64,000 nt of DNA from assembly GCF_030028105.1 (NCBI RefSeq), contig NC_092379.1, forward strand, positions 24,235,821-24,299,820, read 5' to 3'. Source of the stretch: Mobula birostris. Taxonomy: Eukaryota. Below are positions 50,899 through 64,000 of this stretch, piece after piece. Position 1 is the first letter of the stretch, and each line of letters opens with the position of its first letter. Position numbers and translations under genes: made by a program. The notes beneath the pieces were generated by a model. It was not told where the DNA came from. It did no database searches and was given only the letters and a program-made list of their open reading frames with translations.

Positions 50899-51203
50899 CA
50901 CTGTGCAAAAGATGACCCTCTCTCCATGCGCATATCTACCACAATATAACTCTGTAAATTGGGCTCGTCGAGAACTTCTGCCAAATTTACCATGGAAGCA
51001 TGGATGTTAATTAGACCCCGAGAGGATAGTCTTGGAGTGAGTCTAAGTTTCACTGGAGAATGTTTGGAAGGGAACGAAATACAGAGGAGCAGCTGTCAGT
51101 GGAAGCCCAGTGAAAAGTCCTGTTGATTTGTATACTTTCCATTTCCGGACCTGGATGACCGAGATTAAAATCCACAGTGTGAGACACCCGCAAAGGGAGG
51201 GAA

Positions 51204-51281
51204 GGTTTATGAGGCCGCTGGCCGGCTTTGTGCTCCACTGGACTTCGGGTTGGATGTGATAAAGGCCCTTTGTGACTTGCG
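51204..51281 (+). pseudogene. Possible IgH-type J remnant with 23-RSS
   Basis: GGTTTATGA + 23 nt + CACTGGA, then gataaaggccctttgtgact (14/20 to gacaagggaccatggtgact). The paralogue at 17118-17156 reads WDKGGLRTT. Confidence 0.3.
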
Positions 51282-54200
51282 GTGAATAATCGTGTTATGG
51301 ACCATAGCGGTGGGGTCTGACCAGAAACTACTCTCGAGAAATGAACTTCTGCGTGGCAGTCTGCTCCCTGAATTCCCATTGCTGCCTCCGAGAGTCATCT
51401 CCCTAAGGCCCGATTTCTGATTACAAAGGGAAAAAAATCTACTTCTGAGCGAGAATTTCCCGAAAGGATTCCTCTTTGTTTCTAGGGGTTGGCGGGAGCA
51501 CAAGTCCGTAGACGTAAATCTCTGAAAATGACATAGACAGCCAAGCTCGGAGACTGAGATGGAAATCCAGGAAGTAGCGGCTCCAGATCTGAACAGGTTC
51601 ATGTTGACTGATACAGAGATATTTGGATATTACAGGCAACCGCAACACCCCGATTAGTGCTATGCTATAGGTATTTCTTTTAGTAGCTTTGAAAGAACAG
51701 TCTGTTCTGCTTTTAGAACGGTTTGCTGTGAGTTAAATGTATGGAGCTTTGTTGTTTAACGTAGGAGTGTTATGTCAGCCAATCAATATGGTGGAACTGT
51801 GTGAATGTTTAGAGAACATGAGCAGAGAGTTTTCCCTGACGGACGCTGTGTGGGTCGAGGTCTTTTTGAGGGGAGCTGGAAGGAGACAGGAGGAAAGAGA
51901 GATGATGATAATATCCCTTTTGCACGGGTGTTTGGTGCAAAAGAATGGCCTAAAGGAGGAAGGATTTATACTCCCCTGAGAGAGTCCCTTTGTTCGAGGT
52001 GGATATCGAGCGACATTCAGATGGTGGTGTGTACCTTCACGCAGAACGTGAGTCCAGCTTGGCAGTGAAAAGCAAATTCAAGATGAGGTTCAATTTAGAA
52101 AAAAAAAAAAATCGAGGGCTATGTGTAACCCTAGGTAACTTGTAAAATAAGTACATGTTCGGCATAACAATGTAGGCTGTAATGCATTTATTGTGCTGTA
52201 GTTTTTCTATGTTTCTACGTTTTCTATGTTTATGTGCAGATCTGGACTGGGTGAAATGCAATAGAACTTATAATTTGTTTTTTTTTTTTGTTGTTTTGTT
52301 TCTTTTCTTTTTCCTACTTACTGTTCAAGGCACTAACGAGCCACATCTCCAGAGACGCCCAGCTGAAAAGTGATGTCACAAGCGGAGCTATTGCTTTTGG
52401 TGAGTGGCGACACTGAGCAGTGCGACTATCTTGCCTGCTGGCGCGAATAAACCTCGGCGACAGTCACTACCGAATTACATTATCACTCATTTGTAGTCTT
52501 GACGAATTCAGTGATTCCCCTGACATAGCAAGTACATGAATCTCCCTGAAAAGGTGGGTTTCTCTAAGAACTAGAATATACCCAATAATAGTGTAAGATT
52601 CGGTACTCCATGACACTACTGAACCGTCCACAGACCGGGAACAGGCTGCAGCAGAATATGGTCCCATCTCGTCAATAGACCGTGTTTTGTCAGCAACCCA
52701 TTGTGCTCAGTTAGCTTACTGTTCATTCATATCTGAGTTCCGATGCTCAGTAGAAAATGAAACCATGATCAGGGGCTGGAAATTTCAGTGCTGTTGAGGT
52801 AGTTCCTGTCAGTCATAACAAAGATTTTGTTCCGTACCAAACTTTTGAAATTAAGGTTTCCTGTCGGTTATCTTCACATTAAATGTAAAGGGATTAAGAC
52901 ATAATCTGGAGGAAATGTTGAAGGCTAAATATCTCCTCCGTACAGGACGGTGTTAGTCCCATCATGCAGTGTTCAGCGTGTGGTCTATCGCAGGATACAG
53001 CAAAAGTATGCTAGGATTAAAAGATGGGATTATGGTATTAGTTTCATTACCTGATGGGTGAGGAGGTTCTGTACGGTACAATCTTCGAGATAAGGTATCT
53101 GTGGGGATGCCTGGCAGGAAAATGAATGCCGGAATTAAGGCACCTTTCTTTCATATATTGCAGGCAGCCTTGATTTTGTAGATGGGGGAAGAGAGGTAGT
53201 GCAGGTGCTGTGGGCAGGGAGGTTTTCAAGTCAATAAGGTGTCATGGGGCGCATTTAAGGGAACGTTTTTGATAAACGGTTGTGATCCTGAACACACTGC
53301 CTGAATGATCATGTGTTCCAATATTGCATTTAGGGGGGCAATAAGAGGAGATCCACCTCTTGTAACGATACAGGGAAGAATGGATGGACTAATGAGTTTA
53401 TGGGATGTGTTCAGCTAAAGCACAGAGGATTTCGGATGAATAGTCTCTCTCTCTGCTCAGTTCCTTTCGATGGAACTGGTATTTATCGTGTAAAACTGGG
53501 AAATTCTTCGTCGAAGAGATTCTGCAAGCACCATAGATCATGGAGAACATGAGTTAAATGCGGATTACAGTTTACAGGCAGTGTCCTGGCAGCCACGGAT
53601 TACTTACAAATTTCCTTCTGTACTGTCCACTTCCAGCCAGGGCAGGGGCAATAGGGATTAGACACAGAGGGAAGCTTCGCCTAACCTACCCATCATACAC
53701 ACATACGGGAAATGAGCTCAAATTTACAGTCAAACGAACTGTTTATAGTCAGTTCACAGACAGAGGAATCACAGTAATGTCTTGCTCTACTCCGTCCTCG
53801 ACTTGGTTTGTTGAACAAGTGTTTTCCTAAATTAACCAGTGTTACTGATGTAACCCCATGAAAAAAGTTTTCACTGCTAACGAAATTGTCTTTCTGTTGA
53901 GAACCGATCGTATGATTCAACCCGGTGGGCGACCAGTATTCGATGGAGGAACGTGTCGGTGTCTACTGACGATCAGTGAATATATATGACTTTTGAAAGG
54001 GTTGAGCTCCAACTTGTGCACATATGGCTGTTTCATTGTAATAGGCACTTTGATGTACTTTTAAAATTTCTTCTCTTTATTATCCTTTCATTTTAATTAA
54101 GATTCACAAAAAAAACAATTCCTTTAATCATATGCAGTGTGCTGTCTTTTATTTCTTGGCATTGAGTTGCAACAGGGTAGCAAATAATAAATCATCCACA

Positions 54201-56419
54201 CGAGTAAGAGTAAGAGAGCCGTCTCAAGCAGGCGGGTTTAGTTGTACCGGAGTATGTATTCCCTAGATTTACGGAGCCCAAGAAAAGCCAGTATGGGAGG
54301 GAGGATTTCACTGGGATTCAACAAAAGTCATTGTGAAATACAGTCCTGCCATTTACAGTTCTGTGTGCTTCAGATACAATGGCGTGCTTATAAAGGATAG
54401 ACCTATTATAGAGTAGAGAACGTGGAGACATTCTTCAGATGACAAAAATCACAAATTTCAGTGAAATTGGAAGGCGGAGCTTAGGAGGGTTAATGGCGCC
54501 TAATGGGGAGTCCATTGCTTGCATCTTCCGAAACAGCTCTATTTCCATATTTAATATCTCTATATTTGCCTTCCAGCGTTCTTTGGAAGACAGTAACGTG
54601 GAATAACACGCTGACTTTGGTTCTTTGCGGCAATGGGCCGCATCTCGGTGTTTCATAAGTGGCCGTTGTTCGGCAAGCCAAGGACTCGGCCTCAGAAATA
54701 CGCTCGGCTTTTATGGACCAAGTTTTCGTGGCTCTGAGTTCCGCGATATCGGAGGTCCCTGTCCGAGAAGAAGACTGGTGTTTCGTGGGAGATGGACGAT
54801 CTAAGGCTGTATGCACAGAAACTAGAGATCTTTGGGCACAGAGTTCGGAAAAAGCGAACGCAACGGATTCTCAACATCGTAAACTAGCGAGCTGTTTGTT
54901 ATATCTCCACTCTAGCTGTGAAAGGGAGAAACCTCTTCCTCCCTTATTAGGGTGAGACAGAGCCTATGGTATGTCTGTAGCCGGGTGATTCATGTCGTCT
55001 TCTAACGTAGGGCAAATCTTCGTCTTTCAGTTCCCTTGCTCGGGCTTCACTGCTTGGTGTCGGGTGCGGATGGTTTTTTTGCCGGTGTTGGGAGGGGAAA
55101 TGGTTACTTGCTGCCGCTTACTCGTGGGAGGGAGGGAAACACGGGGGGTAGATTTTGGGGTTCTAACATTTAACTGTCGTTCATTCTCTGGGGGCACTCC
55201 TCTGTTTACAGGAAGGGTTGTGAATAAAAAGCATGTCAGAATGTAGATTCTATACATTTCTCTGACATTAAATATACCTTTGAAACGCTTCAAAAGTTTC
55301 AAGATTTCAAAGAACGATCCGGCACTCTGTTCTGGTGATTTCACTCAAGGAGAAATATTGTCGAGGACACCGTGAACACAGTGACACAATGGACAAACAC
55401 AAGATCGCATTCAGAGAGAGGGAGAAAAGGGGCTGTACACAAAACAGATGAGTAGTGCCGAGAGATGGATGTACAGTCCAAGGATAACACAACAACAAAG
55501 TTGTCAAATTTAAACTCTGTTAATAATGATCTGTAGCAGATTTGGATCTGCCGTCAGATTCCCAACATCGTAACAATTTGTATTTTTATTCCAGTTATTA
55601 GTAATGATGACCTTCAGTTTTACTGGTAGCTCAAGGAACGAGATCTCTCATTTTCACTATTCCAGCCTATTATGACTCCTGACTCTCCAATGTGTTTATC
55701 TCCAACTGTCCTCTGAATGGCAGCTCAGATGTCTAATTTATTCTTACTACTGGAAATGCCGAGATCCCAAGAGGTACATAAAATTGGCCATTTCTTTTTC
55801 ATACTTTCCGATATTCTGTCTACTTACTACAATATGGACAAAAGCCAGACAGAGTCTCCCTGATCTGCTAGTTCACCATCTATCATTTTGTGCAACTATT
55901 CAACCGTTATTTAATTGCACGTTTCTTCTGAGTTAGCACAGCCAACTGCTGTCTCCCTCTCTACACCAATAGGCTGCTGAACCACCCATCGCCAATTACC
56001 TCCTTCACCCCACCATCCTGTTGAACTTGAATTAAATTTGAATTGACTTTATTACTTACAAACGTCACATACATCAGGAGTAAAACTATTTACGTTATGT
56101 CTCTGCCTAGATGCGCATTGTGCAATTTAGAGTATTTTGTAATAAATAGTATGTGCAACAGAACAGTCAATATAGCATAGATGTAGAATTCTGCAGAATG
56201 AATTAATTATCCGATGACCTGATGGTGGAAGCTGTCCCGGAGCCTTGGTGCTGTTTTTCTTTTCTGCTGCGGTACCGCTTTCCGTACAGTAGTAACTGGT
56301 AAAATTTGTGGGTGATGTCACTTGGATTCACAGTAATCTTTCGGACCGTTTTTACACTATTTTCTCTGTAAATATGCTGAACAGTGGGAAATTAATATAC
56401 GCAGATTCTTTGATGCCTT

Positions 56420-59134
56420 CACAACTCTCTGCAGAGTTCTGCGATTGTGGGAAGTACAGTTCCCATATCAAACAGTGATGTATTCAGTCAGGTTTCTCTC
56501 AATTGTGCCCTTACAGATAGTTCTTAGGATGTGGAGACTAATACCAAATTTCTTCAACCGTTTGTGGTAAAGGAGGCACTGTTGTGCATTTTTCACCACA
56601 CAACCCTCATGTACAATCCAACTGAGATCCTCGGTGATGTGAATGCAAAGGAATTTAAAGCTTCACACCCTCCGAACCCCAGTTCCATTGAAGTCAACAC
56701 TGGTCAGCCAGTCCCTATTCCTCCCATAGTACACACCCAGCACATTTGTCTTTGCCACCCAACCGACTTTAGTTGCCCCCCCCCCTCCCCCCCACCAAAA
56801 TTCTGCTGTCAGTTGGATGGCAGTGTTTGTAAAGACCGGGAGGAACACTGATCCGGACAGAATTGTACTAAATACCTGCTAATCTCGGGACGCAAAAGAT
56901 CTTCGGCTGCCCATCGCACCGACTGACATTACTATGCCTCCTGCAGTGTTAAAACTGAACACCACAGGGATTATCCGTGGGGTGAGAAATAGGGTTAATG
57001 CTTCACACCAGGTTTATTTGACGAAACTGTCCGTCTGATTTCTGGGAACGACGCTGTTTCTATTTTTTGTCACGCTTCTAAATTTGTTTTGAATATCAAG
57101 TTGTTTTTCGTTGACTTCTAAAACCCCAGAACATCCCAGAGTCCTTTCCAACATCTCTGCAATGCGGCAGCTCAGTAGGCGGACAATTCTTATTTATTTT
57201 TATTTTTTTATCTAGTCCAGGCTTTGAGTGTTGAGCTGGACGCCCGGGACTGCAGGACCGGTGGACCACTCAGTGTGGCATCCACGTTTGACCTATTTGG
57301 CATGGAGGACCCTAGCAAGAATCAAAGCACTGGACCCTCCAAGGCTTTGAGACACGCATGCTCCCAAACCCTATGACATGGCTTTGGTCCTCTGCAGAAA
57401 CGTGCTAAAGGAAGCGTACAGTCTATATCCAGTTATCATTCGTTTAATTGTCTATAAATGTTGGCTCGTAATGTTCCAGCTAAATACAACTGTTTCTCCA
57501 CAGCATTTTGCGTGTTGCGAGCAGATTTCGTCGTCATCCATTCGGAAGCATGTGAGCCTCTGGATACGGCGCAGAAGAAGTTCACGTTTATGTTATCTGC
57601 ATTGGACTGCATGGTCTATGATGGGAGCTTAGACACATTAGGACTCATTTACTTTGTGTAAAGGAGGCTAACGACCGACCTTATAAAATATATGCAATGG
57701 GAAACGATGATAGGGAAGACAATCGGTGTCTCTATGCCACAGATGAAGCCCTGAAATCCCCGGGCACATAGATTTAGGATGAGAGGGAGTATACCAGAGG
57801 GGTGAATTAGCCAGTGAAGTACTGTGGAGTGGAAAGCGCCTGGGACGTGAGGAAAATTGCTCGATGTAGATAAAATGGCAACTTGTTAGAGGAAATTTTA
57901 CAGACATTTCTTCATGTACCAAATGGGGGAGTTATAGGTGAATATGCTGCTTAAAAGATTATGATTGCCACCGAGATGGGGTGGGCTGAGCTGTCTCTGC
58001 CTGGACCGTTCCATATCCTATGCACTGAGCTGCGCTCCAAGTGTTTAAGATTAGACTGTTGCACGCACGAGGCTATGTCCATGGATTTTAATGCTTGATT
58101 TATTATTTCCCCGTGGAAGCAAATGTTTGTCATTGAAAAAAAAAAGAATAAAACATGCTAGGTGTTTGGAATTCAAAAATAAATCTGGAAATACCCACAT
58201 CAGACTGCATCCACAGCAAAAGAGATATATGACTTAAAGTTCCTGTCCAAGGAGACTCCGTCAGAAGTAGAAACGAGATAAAATAAATAGGTAGGCGGGG
58301 AGGGGCTAAACAAGGTTAAAATTCACAAGAGGATGTAAAACAAGAGTTGCTTAATCACTGAGTGAATTTGTAAGGTCAGAAATAAGAACAGGAACACATG
58401 AACTTCTATAAAATAATCTACCAGTTATTAAATGCCGAGAAGGAATACATGCCTGACAAGCCAGGATTGCCACCATTATCGCAACCATAAACCTACTAAG
58501 AGAGAAGGAAGTGTTGATTACTGACGTAACACCTCAGGTAGAAATGTCTCACCGCCTTATGTAATAGCTCTTTGCAGATACCCACAACTATGCGTGTGGG
58601 ATAATACGGCTCAGACATTTTTTTTTTTTTTTTTTTTTTTTTATTGCCCGTCAGGTTCTTAACTCCGTACGGTGGGAAATGGACTCTGACTGTTTCTTTA
58701 CTGTGCAGAATTTTATTAAAATAATATAAACTCCTCCGAAATTTGTTTTAAACTACAATGTTCCGAAGAAAATAAACTCAGCCAATTCAACCTCTCCATT
58801 TAATTAAAGCCCTCTGTTTCGGGCACAGATCATATCTATTCTCTATCCTGGCAACTCCAGATTCATTCGCCCATGCACTTTATATCTCTTGATTCCATGA
58901 CGGCTGCACATTCCTGGTCGATCGCCCAAATTCCAACTTCTAACTGACCTTATGCAATCATGAAATCAGACAAATATTAGCTGCTCATGCCATCGGCTCC
59001 TGACCCTACGCATGTTTTTTCACCATTGGTCCTGATATAGCGACATCTGAATAATCGTATAGAAACTATGCTATCTGCACTGCCATGTACTTTTGCAAAG
59101 TTACTCGGTCTGACCACCCAATCTTAACCGTGAT
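56420..59134 (+). repeat. Older tandem duplication, unit 1 (Rex1 and CR1 fragments plus cassette sequence)
   Basis: Collinear with 59135-62712, visibly diverged (roughly 20% by eye). Confidence 0.85.
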
Positions 59135-60861
59135 TCTTCCCATTCTGACCCGCAGTGAGCTCGGCGTGAAGATGCAGGCGTGAACAGTTCCCATATCAGG
59201 TATAGTTCCCATATTAAGCTGTGATGTATTCAGCCAGGTTTCTATCAATTGTAGTCTTGCAGGAAGCTCTTAGGATGTGGGGACTAATACCGAACTGCTT
59301 CAACCGTTTGTGGTAAAGAAGGCACTGTTGTGCGTATTTCACCTACTGCCGTCACGTACAAACCGCCTGAGAACCTCGGTGATGTGCAGGCAAAGGAACT
59401 CGAAGCTGAACACCCTCCGAACCCCAGTTCCATTGAGGTAAATAGTGGTCAGCCTGTCCCTATTCCTCCCGTAGGACACACCCAGCTCCTTTGTTTGTGC
59501 GGCTCTTCCGGCTTTAGCTGCCACACCGCCTCACCTCCTCCCAAAACTCTGCTGTCACTTTGATGGCTGCTTTTGTAAAGACCCAGATGAACACTGATCC
59601 GGACTGCATTTTACAAAGTACCTGCTAATCTCGGGACATAAAAAGATCTTCGGCTGCACATCGCACAGACTGACATTACTGTGCTTCCCGCACTGCTACT
59701 ACTGAACAGCACAAGGAATATCTGTGGGATGGGGAAGAGGGTTAATGCTTTACATCAGTAGCCTTTGACCAAATTGTCAGTCTGCTTTCTAGGAACGACG
59801 CTGTTTTTTTTTTTTTGTCATGCTTCTAAATTTGTTTTGATTAGCAAGTTGTTTTTCATTGAATTCTGAAACCCCAGAGCATCCCAGTGGCCTTCCCAAA
59901 TATTTCTGCATTGCGTCACATCAGATGGTGGACAATTATTTTTTTTTTCAATCTAGTCCAGGTCACTAGTGCTGAGCTGGACCAGCGAGACTATAGGACC
60001 GGTGGACCACTCAGTGTGGCATCTACGTTTGACCTATTTGGCATGGAGGACCCTAACAAGAATCAAAACACTGGATCATCCTAGGCATTCGGGCACGTAA
60101 CCTCCAAAATCCTATGACAGGGTTTTGGTACTCGGGAGGATCGTGCTAAAGGAAGCGTACAACATATATCAAGCAACACTTAGAAAATTACGAAGTTGTG
60201 GAGATTTACATGTTGGATATATATGATACAATGCAATATGTTGGACTTCTGATACGTCCAAAGGGATCCCACTAACAAGCGCATCTTTCCCACCGCCTCT
60301 TTCTGGTTTCTGCAGGGATCGCTCCCTACGCGAATCCCTTGTCCATTCATGCCCCCCACTCCAACCCTTCTCACCAATCTCCCTCCCGGCACTTATCCTT
60401 GTAAGCGGAACAATTGCTACATATGCCCTTACACTTCCTCTCTCACCACCATTCAGGACCCCAGTTAGTCCTTCCAGGTGAGGCGTCACTTAACCTGTGA
60501 GTCGGCTGGGGTGAAATACTGCGTCCGGTGCTCAAGGTGCAACCTTCTATATATTGGCGAGACCCGACGCAGGTGGGGAGACCGGTTCGCTGAACACCTA
60601 CACTCTGTTTGTTGGAGAAAGCAAGATCTCCCAGTGGCCACACATTTTAATTCCACATCCCATTCCCATTCTGATATGTCTACCCACGGCCTCCCCTACT
60701 GTCAAGATGAAACCACACTCAGGTTGGAGTAACAACACCTTATATTCCGTCCAGGTAACCTCCAACCTGATGGCATAAAGATTGACTTCTGAAACTTCCG
60801 CTAATGCCCCTCTTCCCCTTCTACCCCAACCGTTTTATTTATTTATTACTATTTTATTCTC

Positions 60862-60898
<37 letters not shown>

Positions 60899-62712
60899 CT
60901 CTTTCGCTCTCTCTCTCTCTTTTCTGTCTCTGTCCCTGCCCCTATAACTGCCTTCCTTTCCGCCATGTTCCCCTGGGCTCCCCTCCCCGTTTCTGTCTCC
61001 CTCGGTCCCCCGTCCCATGATGCGCTCCCTTTTCTAGCCTCGTATTCCGTTTGCCTATCAACTTTCCAACTCTTAGTCTCATCCCTCTCCCTTCTGCCTT
61101 CTCCTATCATTTCGGATCTCCCCTTCCCCCTCCCATTTTCAAATCTCTTATTACCTCTTCTTTCAGTTAGCCCGGACGAAGAGACTCCGCCCGAACCGTC
61201 TTTCAATAGATGCTGCCTGGTCTGCTGCGTCCATCAGCATTTTTTGTGTGTTGCTTGAATTCCCAGCACCCGCAGATTTCCTCGTGTTTGCCAATATATG
61301 TCCAGTTATCGATCGTTTAATTGTGTATACATGTTGGCAAGTTATATTCCAGCTAAATACAAAGTTTGCTCCACCGCAGTTTGCGTGTTGCGAACAGGTT
61401 TCGTCGTCATATGTTAGAACGGATGCGACGCGTTGGATACGGTGCAGAAGACGTTCACGTGTATGTTACCTGCACTGGACTGCATGGTCTATGAGGAGAG
61501 CTTAGACAAAATAGGACTACTTTACTTTTTGCACTAGAGGCTGACAACCGACCTGATAGAATATATACAATGAGAAACGATGATAGGGAAAATGATCGGT
61601 GTCTCTATGCCACAGATGAAGCCATGAAATTCTCGGCCACATAGATTTACGATGGGAGGGGTATCCCAAAGGGGCTGCACTGGCGAGTAAACGAATGTGG
61701 AGTGGAAAGCGCCTGGAATGCGAGGAGAATTTCTGGATATAGATAAACTGGCAACTTGTAAGAGAAAATTTTATAGAGATTTCTTCATGCACCAAATGGG
61801 GGAGTTATTAGGTAGATATGCTACTTAAAAATAGCATCATGATGCCAACCGAGATGAAGTGGGCTGAACTGGCTCTGCCTGTACCGTTCCACATCCTATG
61901 CACTGAGCTGCACCCCATGTGTGAAGAGTGAGGCTGTTACACCCACGAGGCTCTTTCCATGAATTTTAATGTTTGATTTATCATCTTCCCATGACAGCAA
62001 ACGTTTTTCATAAAAAAATGCCAAGTGTTTGGAATTCAAAAATAAATCTCGAAATAGCCACGTCAGACTGCTTCCACAGCAGAAGTGAAATATGACTTAA
62101 CGTTCCTGTTCAAGGAGACTCGTCAAAAGAGGAGACGAGATAAAAAATAAACTTTGTGGAATAAATGGGTGGGCGGGGAGTGGATAAACACGGTTAAAAT
62201 TGGCAATAAGATGTTAAACAAATGTTGTCTAATCATTGAGTTAATCTGTAAGGTCAGAAATTACGAACACGTACAAACGAACTTCAATGAAATAATCTAC
62301 CAACTATTAAATGCAGAGAAGGAATACGTGCCGGATAAACCAGGATTGCCACCATTACTGGAACTTTAAACGTACTAAGAGAGCGGAAAGTGCTTATTAT
62401 TCAAGTTACGCCTCAGATAGTAATGCCTCACCGCCTTATTTATTAGCTTTCTGCAGATATCCACAACTATGCGTGTGGGACAGTACCGTATTTTTTAATT
62501 GTGTCGTCTGGTTGTTAACTCCGTACCGTGGGAAATGGACTCTGGCGGTTTTCATACTGTTCAGAATTGTACAAAAATTGTAAACCTCTCCGAAGTTAGA
62601 TTTAAACTGCAATGCTCTAATGAAAATAAATCCAGACGATTCAACAGCTGGAAATAATTAAAGCCTTATCTGGTATCACGTACCTGATAAGGTACAGACC
62701 CATTTCCTATAT
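59135..62712 (+). repeat. Older tandem duplication, unit 2 (with Penelope insertion)
   Basis: 56420-57400 matches 59170-60160; 57390-58800 matches 61275-62680. Confidence 0.85.
60240..61292 (+). mobile_element. Penelope-like element fragment (GIY-YIG endonuclease)
   Basis: ORF 60478-60732: YCVRCSRCNLLYIGETRRRWGDRFAEHL...PVATHFNSTSH; absent from unit 1. Confidence 0.85.
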
Positions 62713-62749
62713 TCTTCCCATTCTGACCTGCAGTTAGTCCGGCGTGAAT

Positions 62750-64000
62750 CCATTGTTATCACTGACAGGGACTAGTTCAACTGCACTGAAATTCTCAGTA
62801 CCTTAACGTGGTTTCAGATGCTACTGAGTATGAGAACTCAGACATGAATCAACAGTAAGCTAACTTAGCACATTCGGTTGCTGTCGAAACACGCTCTAGT
62901 GACGAGATCGGACCATATTCCGCTGCAGCCGGTTCCCAGTTTGTGGAAAGTTCATTAGTATCATAGAATACGTAACCTTACAGTGTTATTGGGTATATTC
63001 TAGCTCTCAGAGAAATCCGCCTTTTCAGGGAGATTCATATACTTGCAAATCAGTAAATTCGTCAAAAAAGTAAATTCGTAAACTACAAATGAGTGAAATG
63101 GAATTCGGAAGTCACTGTAACCGAGGGTTTTTTTTCGCGGCAGTAAGCAAGATAGTCCTACTGCTCACTGTCGCTACTCACCATAAGTAATAATTTCGCT
63201 TGTGACACCACTTTTTACTGGGCGTATCTCGAAATGCGGCTCGTTCGTCCCTCAAGCAGAAAAAGAAAAAGAAACAAAACTAAAAAAAAAGTTCCACTAC
63301 ATTTAACTCAGTCCAAATCTGCACATAAACATAGAAAACATAGAAGCATAGAATAGATAAAACATAATAAATGCACTTGGGCCTACTTTCCTGTGCCGAA
63401 AATGCACTTAATTTAGAAACTATGGTTACCCATAGGCTTCAATTTTTCTAAATTGAAACTCATCTTGAAGCTGTCGTTAACTGCCACGCTGGACTCATGG
63501 TCTCCGTGAGGGCACATACCACAATCCGAATGTCGCTCGAAATCCACCTCGAACAAAGAAACTCTTCCACGGGAGTATAAGTCCTTCCTCCTTGAAGCCA
63601 TTACTTTGCACCAAACACCTGTGAAAAAGGGATGGTATCACCATCTCTCTTTCCTCATGTCTTCTTCCAGCTCCATCAAAAAGACATCGGCCCACGTCAG
63701 TGTCCGTCAGGGAAACCTCTCCGCTTGTGTCCACCACAACCTTCTCACAATTCCACCATCCTGATTGGCTTACAAAACACTTCTAGGTTGAACAACAAAG
63801 CATCATACCTTTAACTTCCAGCCAATTATGCTAAACGCAGAACAGACTGTTCTTGGAAAACTGCTAAAATAAGTACCTACAGCATAGCACTAATCGGGGT
63901 GTGAAGGTTACCTGTAATATCCAATTATCTCTGTATCGGTCAGCATGAAACTATTCGGATCTTGAGCTGTCACTTACTGGATTTCCATCCCAATCTCAGA
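62750..64000 (-). repeat. Inverted paralogue of 51530-52830 (downstream region of a fourth cassette, unit D)
   Basis: The reverse complement matches, e.g. gatacagagata.ttggatattacagg...caccccgattagtgctatgct (about 51620-51670 vs 63880-63940). Confidence 0.9.

Noticed and set aside
51800-52070. Short ORFs here and at 63480-63740 with a FARVFGAKEWPK motif resembling Gypsy gag
   Set aside because: Too degenerate to call; at most an old retroelement scar within the cassette.
60782-61258. 158-aa and 114-aa low-complexity ORFs
   Set aside because: Produced by the (TC)n tract inside the Penelope fragment.

Overview
Eukaryotic (vertebrate) genomic DNA, almost certainly from a cartilaginous fish. 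This is inferred from the IgW/IgM-type V leaders, the CR1/Rex1/RTE/Penelope/Tc1 repeat content, and the absence of an octamer in the ~200 nt upstream of each V. The window is part of a rearranging antigen-receptor locus embedded in retroelements. (1) It holds three IgH-like V segments with split leaders and 23-RSS. V-A (17754-18205, -) and V-B (32338-32789, -) are open-frame; V-C (49630-50467, +) is a pseudogene. (2) Downstream of V-A/V-B on the same strand is a TCR-type D-D-J group not visible in the ORF track: a 12/23-RSS D (GGACTACGATACG) with a perfect 12-RSS, a second 12/23 D, and a TCR-delta/alpha-like J with a degenerate FGXG. (3) V-A and V-B come from a recent 14.6-kb tandem duplication (7259-21880 / 21888-36449), and each copy carries a SCAN-domain Gmr1-order Gypsy element. 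(4) V-C and a further truncated unit at the right edge are older paralogues of the same non-coding cassette in alternating orientations. No constant-region exon was recognised. The best hypothesis is an IgH-V / TCR-D-J chimeric cassette (TCR-delta-locus type). All alignments and counts were made by eye; no searches were run.
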